Below, piece by piece: positions 8,645-17,994 of a stretch of DNA of 64,000 nucleotides. This DNA is from Bacteroidota bacterium (lineage in GTDB: Bacteria; Bacteroidota; Bacteroidia; Bacteroidales; GCA-2748055). The translations under genes and the position numbers were made by a program. The stretch lies in contig JAIFNN010000058.1 of assembly GCA_020047715.1 (NCBI GenBank), forward strand, positions 30,975 to 94,974, written 5' to 3'. Every line of letters starts with the position of its first letter. The first letter of the stretch is position 1. The notes beneath the pieces are model-generated. The model saw only the letters and a program-made list of their open reading frames with translations. It ran no database searches and was not told the origin of the DNA.

Positions 8645-10663
8645 TTAGGGAGTGTCGAACACTCCCTTTATTTTTTCCTTCTTCAACACCAATCCCGTGC
8701 GCGAAGGAAGGTAAATCTTAAGATATTGTCCCGAGGAGTGAGGATGGGCAGGCAATGTGCGGTAAACAATGTTGTGGTCGATTCGGCCCTGTCCTCCAAA
8801 CCGAACTTCGTCGGTGTCGAATAAAACACGGTATTTCCCGGCAGCCACGTTCAGCCCGTAATCGGGGTAAGAATTTGTGGGGCTGAAATTAAAGGCGAAA
8901 TACATATCGTCCCTTTCAAAACTCAATACCTGTTCGTCGACATTATCATGGTAAAGATGCGGGCTTTCTCCCCTGAAAATCGCATTCTCACGGAATGATG
9001 CAATCATGGTTTTATCGAACTCGCCCAGAAAGCCATAGCGCAACAAATTGTTTTCAGCAAGACTCCATTGCCTCCGGGCATATTGGTACGACCATTCGTT
9101 ACCCAACCGTGGAAAATCGATCCACTCAGGGTGACCGAATTCGTTCCCCATGAAGTTCAGGTAACCGTTACCAGCAGTTGCCAAAGTGAGTAAGCGAATC
9201 ATTTTATGCAAGGCAATACCTCGGTCTACCATTAGGTTCTGCGTGAGTTTGTCCATGCTGAAGTACATTTCCTTTCCGATGAGCCTGAAGATAATGGTCT
9301 GATCTCCTACCAATGCCTGGTCGTGCGATTCGGCATAGCCAATTGTTTTTTCCTCAACCCTTTTATTGGTGAGCTCATAGTACATCTCAGCAACATTCCA
9401 CTCCTCATCGGCCTTCTCCTTGATTACCTTAATCCAGTAGTCGGGTGTGCCCATGGCCATGCGGTAATCAAAACCCAAGCCTCCGTCTGATAGTTTCGCG
9501 GCCAGCCCCGGGTATCCCGACATTTCCTCGGCAACAGAAAGTGCCAATGGGTCGTTTTCGTGAATGAGAGCATTGGCAAGGCCAAGATAGCAGATGGCGT
9601 CCTCATCCTGATGCCCGTCGAAGTACATCTCGTAACTTGTGAAATTCCGATCCAAACCATGATCAAAATACAGCATGGAAGTTACCCCGTCAAAACGGAA
9701 ACCATCGAAGTGATATTCTTTTTGCCAGTACTGAATATTGGAAAGCAGAAAATGAAGCACTTCGTTTTTGCCATAGTTGTAACATAACGAATCCCATGCC
9801 ACGTGCTCTCTGCGGAAGCCGGAGTGAAAGAATTGCCAGGGGGAACCGTCGTACAATCCCAATCCCTCATTCTCGTTTTTAACTGCGTGGGAATGAACGA
9901 GGTCCATAATTACGCGTAATCCCGCGCCATGGGCTTCATCTATAAGCATTTTAAGTTCTTCGGGCTCTCCAAATCGGGAAGAGGCGGCAAAGAGGCTGGA
10001 AACATGATAGCCAAAAGAACCATAATAGGGATGCTCCTGAATGGCCATCAGCTGAATTGTGTTGTAGCCGGCCTTGATTATACGGGGAAGAACGTTTTCG
10101 CGAAACTCCCTGTATTGTCCTACCTTATAATCTTCGGTGGCCATGCCAATATGGGCCTCATATACAAAGGGGGGCTCGCTTTTTCCCGGAGCCTTGTGTT
10201 TCCATTTGTATTCCCTTTCGGGCGACCAAACCTGGGCAGAGTATACTTTTGTCCCGTCGTCCTGCACAACGCGTGTTGCGTATGCGGGAATACGCTCTCC
10301 CTTTCCTCCCTGCCAGTGAACGGAGAGTTTGTATAAGTCTTTATGATGGAGTTGATCCGCTTTTAAGTGTAGCTCCCAGTTGCCATTTTTTAGTGGGGAA
10401 AAGAGGAATTCCTCAGACTCCTCCCATCTGTTGAAATCCCCTAAAAGATAAATTGCCGAGGCATTTGGAGCCCATTCCCTCAACACCCAATCGCCCGAAT
10501 CGCGATGCAGACCAAAGTACAAATGTCCGGTTGCAAATGACGAGAGCTTTCCGGAAGGAGCAAGAGCATATTTTTTATGCTCTACTCTGCGCATGCGCTC
10601 CTCAATAACATGCGTGTACTGGCCGAGCCAGGAGTCTAATTTTACAATTCCAGGTATCTTCAT
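8645..10663 (-). CDS. glgB: 1,4-alpha-glucan branching enzyme (GH13, eukaryote-like subfamily)
   Basis: GH13 conserved regions DLVHSH, GFRFDGVTSM, FMGNEFGHPEW and AESHDQALVGD. Length 672 aa. Confidence 0.9.
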   Translation of the reverse strand: MKIPGIVKLDSWLGQYTHVIEERMRRVEHKKYALAPSGKLSSFATGHLYFGLHRDSGDWVLREWAPNASAIYLLGDFNRWEESEEFLFSPLKNGNWELHLKADQLHHKDLYKLSVHWQGGKGERIPAYATRVVQDDGTKVYSAQVWSPEREYKWKHKAPGKSEPPFVYEAHIGMATEDYKVGQYREFRENVLPRIIKAGYNTIQLMAIQEHPYYGSFGYHVSSLFAASSRFGEPEELKMLIDEAHGAGLRVIMDLVHSHAVKNENEGLGLYDGSPWQFFHSGFRREHVAWDSLCYNYGKNEVLHFLLSNIQYWQKEYHFDGFRFDGVTSMLYFDHGLDRNFTSYEMYFDGHQDEDAICYLGLANALIHENDPLALSVAEEMSGYPGLAAKLSDGGLGFDYRMAMGTPDYWIKVIKEKADEEWNVAEMYYELTNKRVEEKTIGYAESHDQALVGDQTIIFRLIGKEMYFSMDKLTQNLMVDRGIALHKMIRLLTLATAGNGYLNFMGNEFGHPEWIDFPRLGNEWSYQYARRQWSLAENNLLRYGFLGEFDKTMIASFRENAIFRGESPHLYHDNVDEQVLSFERDDMYFAFNFSPTNSYPDYGLNVAAGKYRVLFDTDEVRFGGQGRIDHNIVYRTLPAHPHSSGQYLKIYLPSRTGLVLKKEKIKGVFDTP
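8647..8676 (+). terminator. Intrinsic terminator for the GT3-GT35 gene, embedded in the last codons of the convergent glgB
   Basis: AGGGAGTGT / ACACTCCCT stem (8647-8667) followed by TTATTTTTT. Begins 6 nt after the TGA at 8639-8641. Confidence 0.6.
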
Positions 10664-10757
10664 AGATAATGAATTCAGGTAGGTAAGTTAGTGATTTTTG
10701 GCAACCACTCAATAAAAAAGTTATGGGGCCATACTCCCCAATATAAGTGTTTCCCGA

Positions 10758-12536
10758 TCAGAAATACATGTGTGTGAGAATGAAAATGGTCACCACCATG
10801 TATATCAGGGTGAGGGGCCCACCTACCTTTAGGAAGTCGTTGAAGTTGTACTTGCCCGGGCCATAAACCATGAGGTTTGTCTGAAAACCAATAGGTGTCA
10901 TGAAATTGGCTGCTGAAGCAAAAGCAACAACCAACACAAAGGGCACAGGATCCAAACCAAGAGTCGCGGCTGTGGTCAGGGCCGTCGGAAAAATGAGTGC
11001 GGCTGCGGCTTTGCTGGTAATATAGGCTGCAAGAATAGTGGTTATAAAATAGATTCCGGTGAGAATACCCACATTGCCAAAAGAACTGAACAAATTGATA
11101 ATGGTGTTGGCGAAAAGACTCGCTGCCCCTGTTTTCACCATTGCGGTTCCTAATGCCAATGCCAGCACAATAATAATGGCCAGGTTATAGTCGATGCTGT
11201 TGGAGAGATCTTTGGGATTGGTGATTTTCAAAGCCAGAAGAACAATAACCAGGGCTATGAGTCCCAGGAATAATTTGATGATTCCCAGAGCCGAGAGCAG
11301 GATTGCCAACAATAGCCCACCAAGAAGAACCGCCGTTTTGTACCACTCCAGTTTGACAAACCCCCGTACTTTACTTATAAAATAGAAATCAAGAGTGTTA
11401 TTTGTGCGTTCCAGGAAATTCTCCCCCGTGAAAAGCAACAATACATCTCCTGCCCTTAAAGTATTGCCGTTAAGTTTCTCTTTTAGAACCATGCCGTTGC
11501 GATGGATCGCTATCACTGCGGCATCGTATTTGCTTCTGAAATTTACGACTTTTAAGGTTTTGCCTATTAGACTTGAGTTTTGACTTACAACAATTTCTAC
11601 CATTTCGGTTTTCCTGCGTCTACTCATCATACCTACTTCCGGCAGCTGTAAGCCGGTTTTCCCTCCAAGCATCTCAGCAATGGTTTCTGTACTCCCTGAA
11701 AACATGAGAATGTCGTTTTCTTTTAGGATGAAGTCTGGACTGAAGTTCAGAATTTTAACGCTATCGCGGATAACCTCCACAAGCGAATAAGACTTTTCTC
11801 CCACAAAGCCTGCTTTTTCAAGACTCATGCCAACCAAATGGGATTTTGGTTTTACCTTCGATTCAACAACAAACTCTCTCAAAAGCGCCGCATTCTTTTT
11901 CTCCGGCTTATTCCTTATTGTTAAAAGCTTATCCCCAAAAATAAGCAGGTAGAAGAAACCTATGACCATCATTGTGAATCCGACGGGAAAAAAGTCGAAA
12001 AAGCCAAGTGTCTGAAATTCGGGGAATATGCTTTGGTTAAGCAACATCCCGTTTACTATTAAATTTGTAGAGGTCCCGATCAGGGTTGCACATCCACCCA
12101 GAATGGTGGCATAAGACAGCGACATCAGGAATTTTGAGGGGGAAATATTATTTCTCTTGCACCAGCTATTGATATAAGGCATCATTACCGCCACCAATGG
12201 GGTGTTATTCAGGAAGGTTGATAAAATGCTTGAGAAAATCATCATCCGGCTCAAGAAGCCCTTATAGGTGTGTGCCCGAATAAAAACGCGGTCAAACAAT
12301 ACCTCTATTACAGCAGTGTGCCTTATGATATCACCAATGAGCAACAGCAGAATTATTACCGCAACCTGCTCGTTTGCAAAGCCGCTAAGGATTTCCCCTG
12401 GGGTAAGAACCCGGGCAAACCCCAGAATTGCAGCTGCGATTACGAATGTGAAAGAAGGCCCAACTATCCCCCAATACAGGGAAATGAGGATAAATATGAT
12501 AACAACGAATACAAGGATCAAATCAAAACTGAACAT
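10758..12536 (-). CDS. SLC13/DASS-family permease with central TrkA-C (RCK_C) domains
   Basis: Polytopic membrane protein of 592 aa. Two soluble repeats in the middle (VEVIRDSVKILNF... and AVIAIHRNGMVLKE...) resemble TrkA-C domains. Confidence 0.7.
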   Translation of the reverse strand: MFSFDLILVFVVIIFILISLYWGIVGPSFTFVIAAAILGFARVLTPGEILSGFANEQVAVIILLLLIGDIIRHTAVIEVLFDRVFIRAHTYKGFLSRMMIFSSILSTFLNNTPLVAVMMPYINSWCKRNNISPSKFLMSLSYATILGGCATLIGTSTNLIVNGMLLNQSIFPEFQTLGFFDFFPVGFTMMVIGFFYLLIFGDKLLTIRNKPEKKNAALLREFVVESKVKPKSHLVGMSLEKAGFVGEKSYSLVEVIRDSVKILNFSPDFILKENDILMFSGSTETIAEMLGGKTGLQLPEVGMMSRRRKTEMVEIVVSQNSSLIGKTLKVVNFRSKYDAAVIAIHRNGMVLKEKLNGNTLRAGDVLLLFTGENFLERTNNTLDFYFISKVRGFVKLEWYKTAVLLGGLLLAILLSALGIIKLFLGLIALVIVLLALKITNPKDLSNSIDYNLAIIIVLALALGTAMVKTGAASLFANTIINLFSSFGNVGILTGIYFITTILAAYITSKAAAALIFPTALTTAATLGLDPVPFVLVVAFASAANFMTPIGFQTNLMVYGPGKYNFNDFLKVGGPLTLIYMVVTIFILTHMYF

Positions 12537-12654
12537 ATTGAAACCTTTATAGAAGGTCCAAATTTAAGGTTTTTTAATGGTTAACCTAATTCATTCCGGA
12601 AAACCTGATTTGCAAGCCTCAATTCATCGACCTTCGATAAACCAATTATTTTGT

Positions 12655-12662
12655 TATTTTTG
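12655..12662 (+). promoter_or_regulatory. Bacteroidota-type -7 promoter box (TAnnTTTG) upstream of ribF
   Basis: TATTTTTG lies 12 nt upstream of the GTG start. Confidence 0.45.
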
Positions 12663-12673
12663 CTTAAAAAAAA

Positions 12674-13609
12674 GTGAAAATCTGGAACGATTTATCTGGT
12701 TTTAATGCAAGTAAGCCTGTTGTTACCATCGGCATATTTGACGGGGTGCATCAGGGACATCGCTTCCTGCTCGAACATCTCAAACAAACTGCAAAATCAA
12801 TTTCCGGTGAAACTGTAATTGTGTCACTTTGGCCTCATCCCCGCATCGTCCTTAAAAAAGATCCCGATAACCTGCGTTTCCTAACCAGTCTTGAAGAGAA
12901 ATCCATTCTGATGGATGAGGCAGGAATCGACAATTTTGTTGTGATCCCATTTACTCCTGAATTTGCTCAGATGGATTCATGCCTTTTTGTAAAAGAATTC
13001 CTGGTCGATAAGATTGGCATAAAACACCTTGTGGTTGGATACAATCACAAATTCGGCAAGAACAGGGAGGGGGATTTCGAAAATCTCAAATACTGTGCAT
13101 CACTCTATGGCTTTTCAATTGAGCGAATAGAACCCAAAAGCGTCAACGGGGTGAAAATGAGCGCTTCTCTGATTCGTGAGTTGCTAAATTCGGGAAACCT
13201 TGATGCTGCAAACGAATATTTGGGTTACGATTATTTTCTCAGGGGAACCGTGGTGGGAGGAAACCGAATCGGTAGGAAAATTGGCTTTCCAACGGCTAAC
13301 ATTGTTCCTGATGACCCTCATAAACTAATTCCACGCGATGGGGTTTATGCTGTTCACCTGGAAAATAAGGAAATCTTCTATCCGGGAATGTTGAACATAG
13401 GGTTTCGGCCAACCATAGAAAGTGGGATGCCAATCAGGACTATTGAGGTTAATCTATTTGATTTTAAGGACGATATCTATGATCAACAGGTGTTTTTGCA
13501 TTTCAGAAAACACATAAGGGATGAAAAAAAATTCTCTGGGATTGAACAGTTGAGGGAACAGTTGGTTATTGACAGACAAATAGCAAAAGCAATGCTCAGA
13601 ATGCCATAA
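12674..13609 (+). CDS. ribF: Bifunctional riboflavin kinase / FAD synthetase
   Basis: GIFDGVHQGH nucleotidyltransferase motif and GFPTANI riboflavin kinase motif. GTG start. Confidence 0.9.
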   Translation: MKIWNDLSGFNASKPVVTIGIFDGVHQGHRFLLEHLKQTAKSISGETVIVSLWPHPRIVLKKDPDNLRFLTSLEEKSILMDEAGIDNFVVIPFTPEFAQMDSCLFVKEFLVDKIGIKHLVVGYNHKFGKNREGDFENLKYCASLYGFSIERIEPKSVNGVKMSASLIRELLNSGNLDAANEYLGYDYFLRGTVVGGNRIGRKIGFPTANIVPDDPHKLIPRDGVYAVHLENKEIFYPGMLNIGFRPTIESGMPIRTIEVNLFDFKDDIYDQQVFLHFRKHIRDEKKFSGIEQLREQLVIDRQIAKAMLRMP

Positions 13610-13670
13610 ATGATTCTCCGAAGTTCACGCTATCTGTTATCATGGAATTATTCCACCTAAAATAAATAAC

Positions 13671-13678
13671 TATCTTTG
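13671..13678 (+). promoter_or_regulatory. Bacteroidota-type -7 promoter box upstream of ahcY
   Basis: TATCTTTG followed by an A10 tract, with the ATG at 13697. Confidence 0.45.
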
Positions 13679-13696
13679 CAAAAAAAAAATCTAAAA

Positions 13697-15121
13697 ATGG
13701 GTACACAAGTCACAATGGTTGAAAACATGAATTATAAGGTCAGGGATATAAGTCTCGCGGATTTTGGAAGGAAGGAAATTGATATCGCTGAGAAGGAAAT
13801 GCCTGGTCTGATGGCAATCCGTAATAAGTTTGCGGCTTCCAAACCGCTCAAAGGATCAAGAATCACCGGTTCGCTGCATATGACTATTCAAACAGCCGTC
13901 CTGATAGAGACGCTAAAAGCCTTGGGCGCCGATGTCCGTTGGGCAAGTTGCAATATTTTCTCAACCCAGGATCATGCTGCCGCAGCTATCGCCGCAGCAG
14001 GTATTCCCGTTTTTGCCTGGAAAGGTGAGACCCTCGAGGAATATTGGTGGTGTACAGCCCAGGCTTTGGCATTTCCAAATGGCAAAGGCCCTAATCTGAT
14101 TGTTGATGATGGTGGAGATGCCACACTCATGATCATTAAAGGCTTTGAGGCCGAAAATGACGCGTCTGTTTTGGACGTTGTGCCTTCAAGTCATGAAGAA
14201 TCGATAATCCTTGCCCAATTAAAAGAAATTCTTGCGGAAGACCACGGACGCTGGCATCGCTATGTAAAAGAAATGAAAGGCGTTTCGGAAGAAACAACAA
14301 CTGGGGTGCATCGTTTATACCAAATGATGGAAAAAGGCAGATTGCTTTTCCCTGCTATCAATGTCAACGATTCCGTTACCAAGTCGAAGTTTGACAATCT
14401 TTACGGTTGTCGGGAATCGCTTGCCGACGGTATTAAACGTGCAACAGATGTTATGATCGCCGGTAAGGTTGTTGTTGTGCTTGGTTATGGCGACGTTGGC
14501 AAAGGTTGCGCTCATTCTATGAAATCGTACGGAGCCCGCGTAATAGTTACCGAAATAGACCCTATCTGCGCACTGCAGGCTGCTATGGAGGGTTTTGAAG
14601 TAAGTTTGATTGAAGATGCACTCAAAGAAGGGAACATCTATGTCACCACCACCGGTAACAAGGATGTAATAACACTCGGACACATGAAGCAGATGAAGGA
14701 CCAGGCTATTGTTTGCAACATCGGGCATTTCGATAACGAAATACAGGTCGATCAGCTCAATTCATTCGGTGGAGCTAAAAAACTGAACATCAAGCCTCAG
14801 GTCGACAAGTATATTTTCGACGATGGCCACGCAATATTCCTTCTGGCAGAAGGTCGCCTGGTGAATCTGGGTTGTGCCACCGGCCATCCTTCCTTTGTAA
14901 TGAGCAATTCCTTTTCAAACCAAACCCTTGCACAAATTGATCTTTGGCAGAAAAATTACGAGATTGGCGTTTACCGTCTCCCCAAACAACTTGATGAAGA
15001 AGTTGCAAGGCTCCACCTGGCTCAGATTGGCGTGAAATTAACAAAGCTGACAAGAGAACAGGCTGAATATTTGGGGGTTCCGGCTGAAGGCCCTTATAAA
15101 CCCGATCACTACAGGTATTAG
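13697..15121 (+). CDS. ahcY: Adenosylhomocysteinase
   Basis: [38 protein letters not shown] site and [13 protein letters not shown] prefer the ATG at 13697 over the TTG at 13676 used in the ORF track. Confidence 0.95.
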   Translation: MGTQVTMVENMNYKVRDISLADFGRKEIDIAEKEMPGLMAIRNKFAASKPLKGSRITGSLHMTIQTAVLIETLKALGADVRWASCNIFSTQDHAAAAIAAAGIPVFAWKGETLEEYWWCTAQALAFPNGKGPNLIVDDGGDATLMIIKGFEAENDASVLDVVPSSHEESIILAQLKEILAEDHGRWHRYVKEMKGVSEETTTGVHRLYQMMEKGRLLFPAINVNDSVTKSKFDNLYGCRESLADGIKRATDVMIAGKVVVVLGYGDVGKGCAHSMKSYGARVIVTEIDPICALQAAMEGFEVSLIEDALKEGNIYVTTTGNKDVITLGHMKQMKDQAIVCNIGHFDNEIQVDQLNSFGGAKKLNIKPQVDKYIFDDGHAIFLLAEGRLVNLGCATGHPSFVMSNSFSNQTLAQIDLWQKNYEIGVYRLPKQLDEEVARLHLAQIGVKLTKLTREQAEYLGVPAEGPYKPDHYRY

Positions 15122-15181
15122 CAAACGAAATTCTTCTTGGTTTTTCTGATAGTGAATCAGTAAATGCTTTAACAGAATTAG

Positions 15182-15214
15182 CCGCAGGCCTAAGGCTTGC
15201 GGTTATTTCATTTT
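15182..15214. terminator. Hairpin terminator between the convergent ahcY and the 149-aa lipoprotein gene
   Basis: CCGCAGGC / GCTTGCGG stem with one G-U pair and a 5-nt loop, then TTATTTCATTTT. Confidence 0.5.
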
Positions 15215-15319
15215 CTCTCCAGACCTGACCCGGAATCTGTCAGTATTAAGCTTATGTTTTATACAGGGAAAATTATTTTTGGAATCTGGGATTAATTCCA
15301 AAATATTGACCTTCGCGTT

Positions 15320-15769
15320 TTAATTTCTTACAATTAATAGGCTCCCATCCAAAAATGACTGGTATTGATAAAGGGGATATTTGGCGGGGCCATTAAAAAC
15401 GTTTCCGTCAGAACTTAAAAGATAGCTTGATGAACAACAGGGACATACCATAAGCTCCTGAAAACCTTCGCTGATTTCTACCGAGCAATCGTTGAAATAG
15501 TCGTGGGTGCAGGCAGCATCAAATACGAAATAATGATCTTCAATATCCCGGTAAACGATAAGGCCCCCAACTCCACCAAACCGCGCGGCTGGGAAAATTT
15601 TAACACTACCTGCCCCCAAATCCCCAAGATCGCTGTATAGTCCAATATTGGCGTTAATGGTTACATAGGGAAAATTGAAATTGTCTTTCCTGCAGGTGGC
15701 AGAAGTGAAGAATATTAAAATCGAAACGAATAAGATTTTTATTTTTGAAACTTTTAACATACTTTGCAA
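15320..15769 (-). CDS. Hypothetical secreted or lipoprotein with a Rieske-like domain (variant ligand motif)
   Basis: Signal peptide with ...FFTSATC. C-terminal CTHDYFNDC ... CPCCSS resembles Rieske boxes CxH...CxxH, but with the second His replaced by Cys. Confidence 0.5.
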   Translation of the reverse strand: MQSMLKVSKIKILFVSILIFFTSATCRKDNFNFPYVTINANIGLYSDLGDLGAGSVKIFPAARFGGVGGLIVYRDIEDHYFVFDAACTHDYFNDCSVEISEGFQELMVCPCCSSSYLLSSDGNVFNGPAKYPLYQYQSFLDGSLLIVRN

Positions 15770-15852
15770 TTATTCAAAATTGGATTTTTCGAAGTTAATT
15801 ATATTTTTTTGTAACTTTAACGAACTTTAACTGTCCCTTATTGTATTAAAAC

Positions 15853-16416
15853 ATGAAAGCTGACTTCGACATAGGAAACCTGGTTTACGTGATACTTACT
15901 ATTGTATTTCTGGTTATTGGAGCTGTTGGGAAGAAGAAAAAGCCTGCTCCGGTATCGTCGGATGAATATCACGATGAACCTGTGGATGAGAATAGTATTA
16001 AGTCGCAGTTTCAGGAAATGTTTCGCGAATTCAACCCGGTTCCTGAACCTGTAAAAGAACAGGAGTATTCCTTTACTCAAAAAGATTCCTTGGAAGATGG
16101 CACTTCTCTGGATGTTGTGCCCGAGTATAGTTTCGAGTCGATTGAAGACATCATTCCTGCTTCCTCACCGCCTCTTGACAGCAATATCAACTATTATGAG
16201 CAGGCTCAAAGTTCGCTGGATACTACAGGCATGGATGAAGGAACTCCGGCCTTTGATTATGATGAGGACTCCAGCTCCTTGGTATATAACGAAGTCACAA
16301 AGGAATACTCTGCAGTGTTGTCACGCAATGAAGAAGTCTTGGCCGAACTGGTGGATGGATTTGATGCGAGAACAGCATTTGTTTATTCTGAAATATTTAA
16401 CCGTAAAGAATTCTAA
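15853..16416 (+). CDS. Hypothetical membrane-anchored acidic protein
   Basis: One N-terminal TM helix (LVYVILTIVFLVIGAVG), a KKKK stop-transfer, then an Asp/Glu/Ser-rich region. No recognised domain. Confidence 0.45.
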   Translation: MKADFDIGNLVYVILTIVFLVIGAVGKKKKPAPVSSDEYHDEPVDENSIKSQFQEMFREFNPVPEPVKEQEYSFTQKDSLEDGTSLDVVPEYSFESIEDIIPASSPPLDSNINYYEQAQSSLDTTGMDEGTPAFDYDEDSSSLVYNEVTKEYSAVLSRNEEVLAELVDGFDARTAFVYSEIFNRKEF

Positions 16417-16494
16417 CAGAAATCCTTACTAATTTTGTACAGCATATAAGGATTGTTTTAAACTCAAAAAAAAAGTTATATTTTTGCAACTAAA

Positions 16495-16525
16495 GAGTTC
16501 AGGCTGCCTGAATTCTTTTTCTTTT
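16495..16525 (+). terminator. Strong intrinsic-terminator-like hairpin between the acidic-protein gene and greA
   Basis: GAGTTCAGG CTG CCTGAATTC (9 bp, one G-U pair) followed by TTTTTCTTTT. Lies 29 nt upstream of the greA ATG. Confidence 0.55.
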
Positions 16526-16553
16526 ATATTTATTCAAATCGGGAGGTTTTACA

Positions 16554-17027
16554 ATGGCAAAGATTAATTACATGACCCAAGAGGGTTTGTTGAAACTCAG
16601 AAAAGAACTTGAACAGCTCACAAAAGTTGAGCGACCTTCAATATCAGCCCAGATCGCAGAAGCTCGCGATAAGGGCGATCTGTCTGAGAATGCTGAATAC
16701 GACGCCGCAAAGGATGCCCAGGGTATGCTTGAAATGAAAATTTCCCAACTCGAAGAAAAACTCGCTAACGCTCGAATTATCGACGAATCGAAAATTGACA
16801 CCGAATCGGTTCAGATCATGAACAAGATTAAGATTCGAAATAAATCGAATAACACCGTGCTGCAGTATATGATTGTGTCTGAAACCGAAGCAGACCTCAA
16901 GGCAGGGAAACTTTCCATAAGCACGCCCATTGCTCAGGCTCTCCTTGGTAAGAAACTGGGCGACAAGGTTACTGTTAAAGTTCCATCGGGTGAGGTAGAA
17001 TATGAAATTGTTGAAATTTCAATGTAG
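16554..17027 (+). CDS. greA: Transcription elongation factor GreA
   Basis: 157 aa, with an N-terminal coiled coil (MTQEGLLKLRKELEQL... DLSENAEYDAAK) and a C-terminal FKBP-like domain. Confidence 0.9.
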   Translation: MAKINYMTQEGLLKLRKELEQLTKVERPSISAQIAEARDKGDLSENAEYDAAKDAQGMLEMKISQLEEKLANARIIDESKIDTESVQIMNKIKIRNKSNNTVLQYMIVSETEADLKAGKLSISTPIAQALLGKKLGDKVTVKVPSGEVEYEIVEISM

Positions 17028-17038
17028 AACTGTCAGCC

Positions 17039-17431
17039 ATGTCTTCTATATTTTCAAAAATCGTTGTAGGTGAAATCCCCTGTTATAAAATCGCAGAGGA
17101 CGATAATTACCTGGCGTTTCTGGACATTAACCCCTTAGCCAAAGGACATACATTGGTAATCCCCAAAAAGGAAGTCGATTATATTTTCGATGTTGACGAT
17201 CAGCTTCTTGGGGGAATGATGATCTTTTCGAAAAGAGTTGCATTGGCAATAGAAAAGGCCGTGCCCTGCAAACGTATAGGCATAGCCGTTCTGGGCCTTG
17301 AGGTGCCTCATGCCCACATACACCTTATCCCTCTAAACAATCTTGGGGATATTAACTTTTCCAATCCCAAACTCAAGTTTTCAAGTCAGGAGTTTATTGA
17401 AATAGCCCGGCTAATTAATTCGAAATTATAA
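17039..17431 (+). CDS. HIT-family (histidine triad) nucleotide hydrolase
   Basis: HAHIHLIP histidine triad, 130 aa. Confidence 0.85.
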   Translation: MSSIFSKIVVGEIPCYKIAEDDNYLAFLDINPLAKGHTLVIPKKEVDYIFDVDDQLLGGMMIFSKRVALAIEKAVPCKRIGIAVLGLEVPHAHIHLIPLNNLGDINFSNPKLKFSSQEFIEIARLINSKL

Positions 17432-17439
17432 GCATGTGC

Positions 17440-17994
17440 TTATTTAAGACGCCCTGGGTTCTTATTTAGAAAATCGTTCCAGCTGCTGAAACTATTCCCG
17501 TTTCCCGAAGGCTTGGCCTGATAAAAATGGCATACTGCTGCTGCAAGTCCGTCGGTGGCATCCATATTTTTCGATTCCAGTGAGAAATGCAGGGTTCGCT
17601 GCAGAATGTCGGCAACCTGCTCTTTTGATGCAGCTCCTTTCCCGGTAATGGCCATTTTAATCTTTCGGGGGGAGTATTCGAAAATTGGAATGTCTCTTGA
17701 AAGTGCAGCTGCAATTGCCACTCCCTGAGCCCTTCCCAGTTTGAGCATGCTCTGTACGTTTTTTCCGAAGAAGGGTGCCTCGATGGCCAACTCGTCAGGA
17801 TGATACCGATCAATAAGTTCAATCACATCCTTAAAAATGACCTGGAGGCTGCGATAAGGATCTTTTATCTTCCGCATATCGCTTATGCCTAGATTCATCA
17901 GGACGGGGTCCTTTCCCGTCGCCTTGATAATGCCATATCCCATGATGTTGGTTCCCGGGTCGATTCCCAGAATAATCCGTTCGGAAGAGCTCAT
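17440..17994 (-). CDS. ruvC: Crossover junction endodeoxyribonuclease RuvC
   Basis: ILGIDPGTNIMGYGII N-terminus and the ATDGLAAAVCH C-terminal acidic site. Confidence 0.9.
   Translation of the reverse strand: MSSSERIILGIDPGTNIMGYGIIKATGKDPVLMNLGISDMRKIKDPYRSLQVIFKDVIELIDRYHPDELAIEAPFFGKNVQSMLKLGRAQGVAIAAALSRDIPIFEYSPRKIKMAITGKGAASKEQVADILQRTLHFSLESKNMDATDGLAAAVCHFYQAKPSGNGNSFSSWNDFLNKNPGRLK

Noticed and set aside
13610-13696. SAH riboswitch upstream of ahcY
   Set aside because: The spacer is only 87 nt, is AT-rich, and contains a -7 box 19 nt from the ATG. There is no room or sequence for the SAH element.
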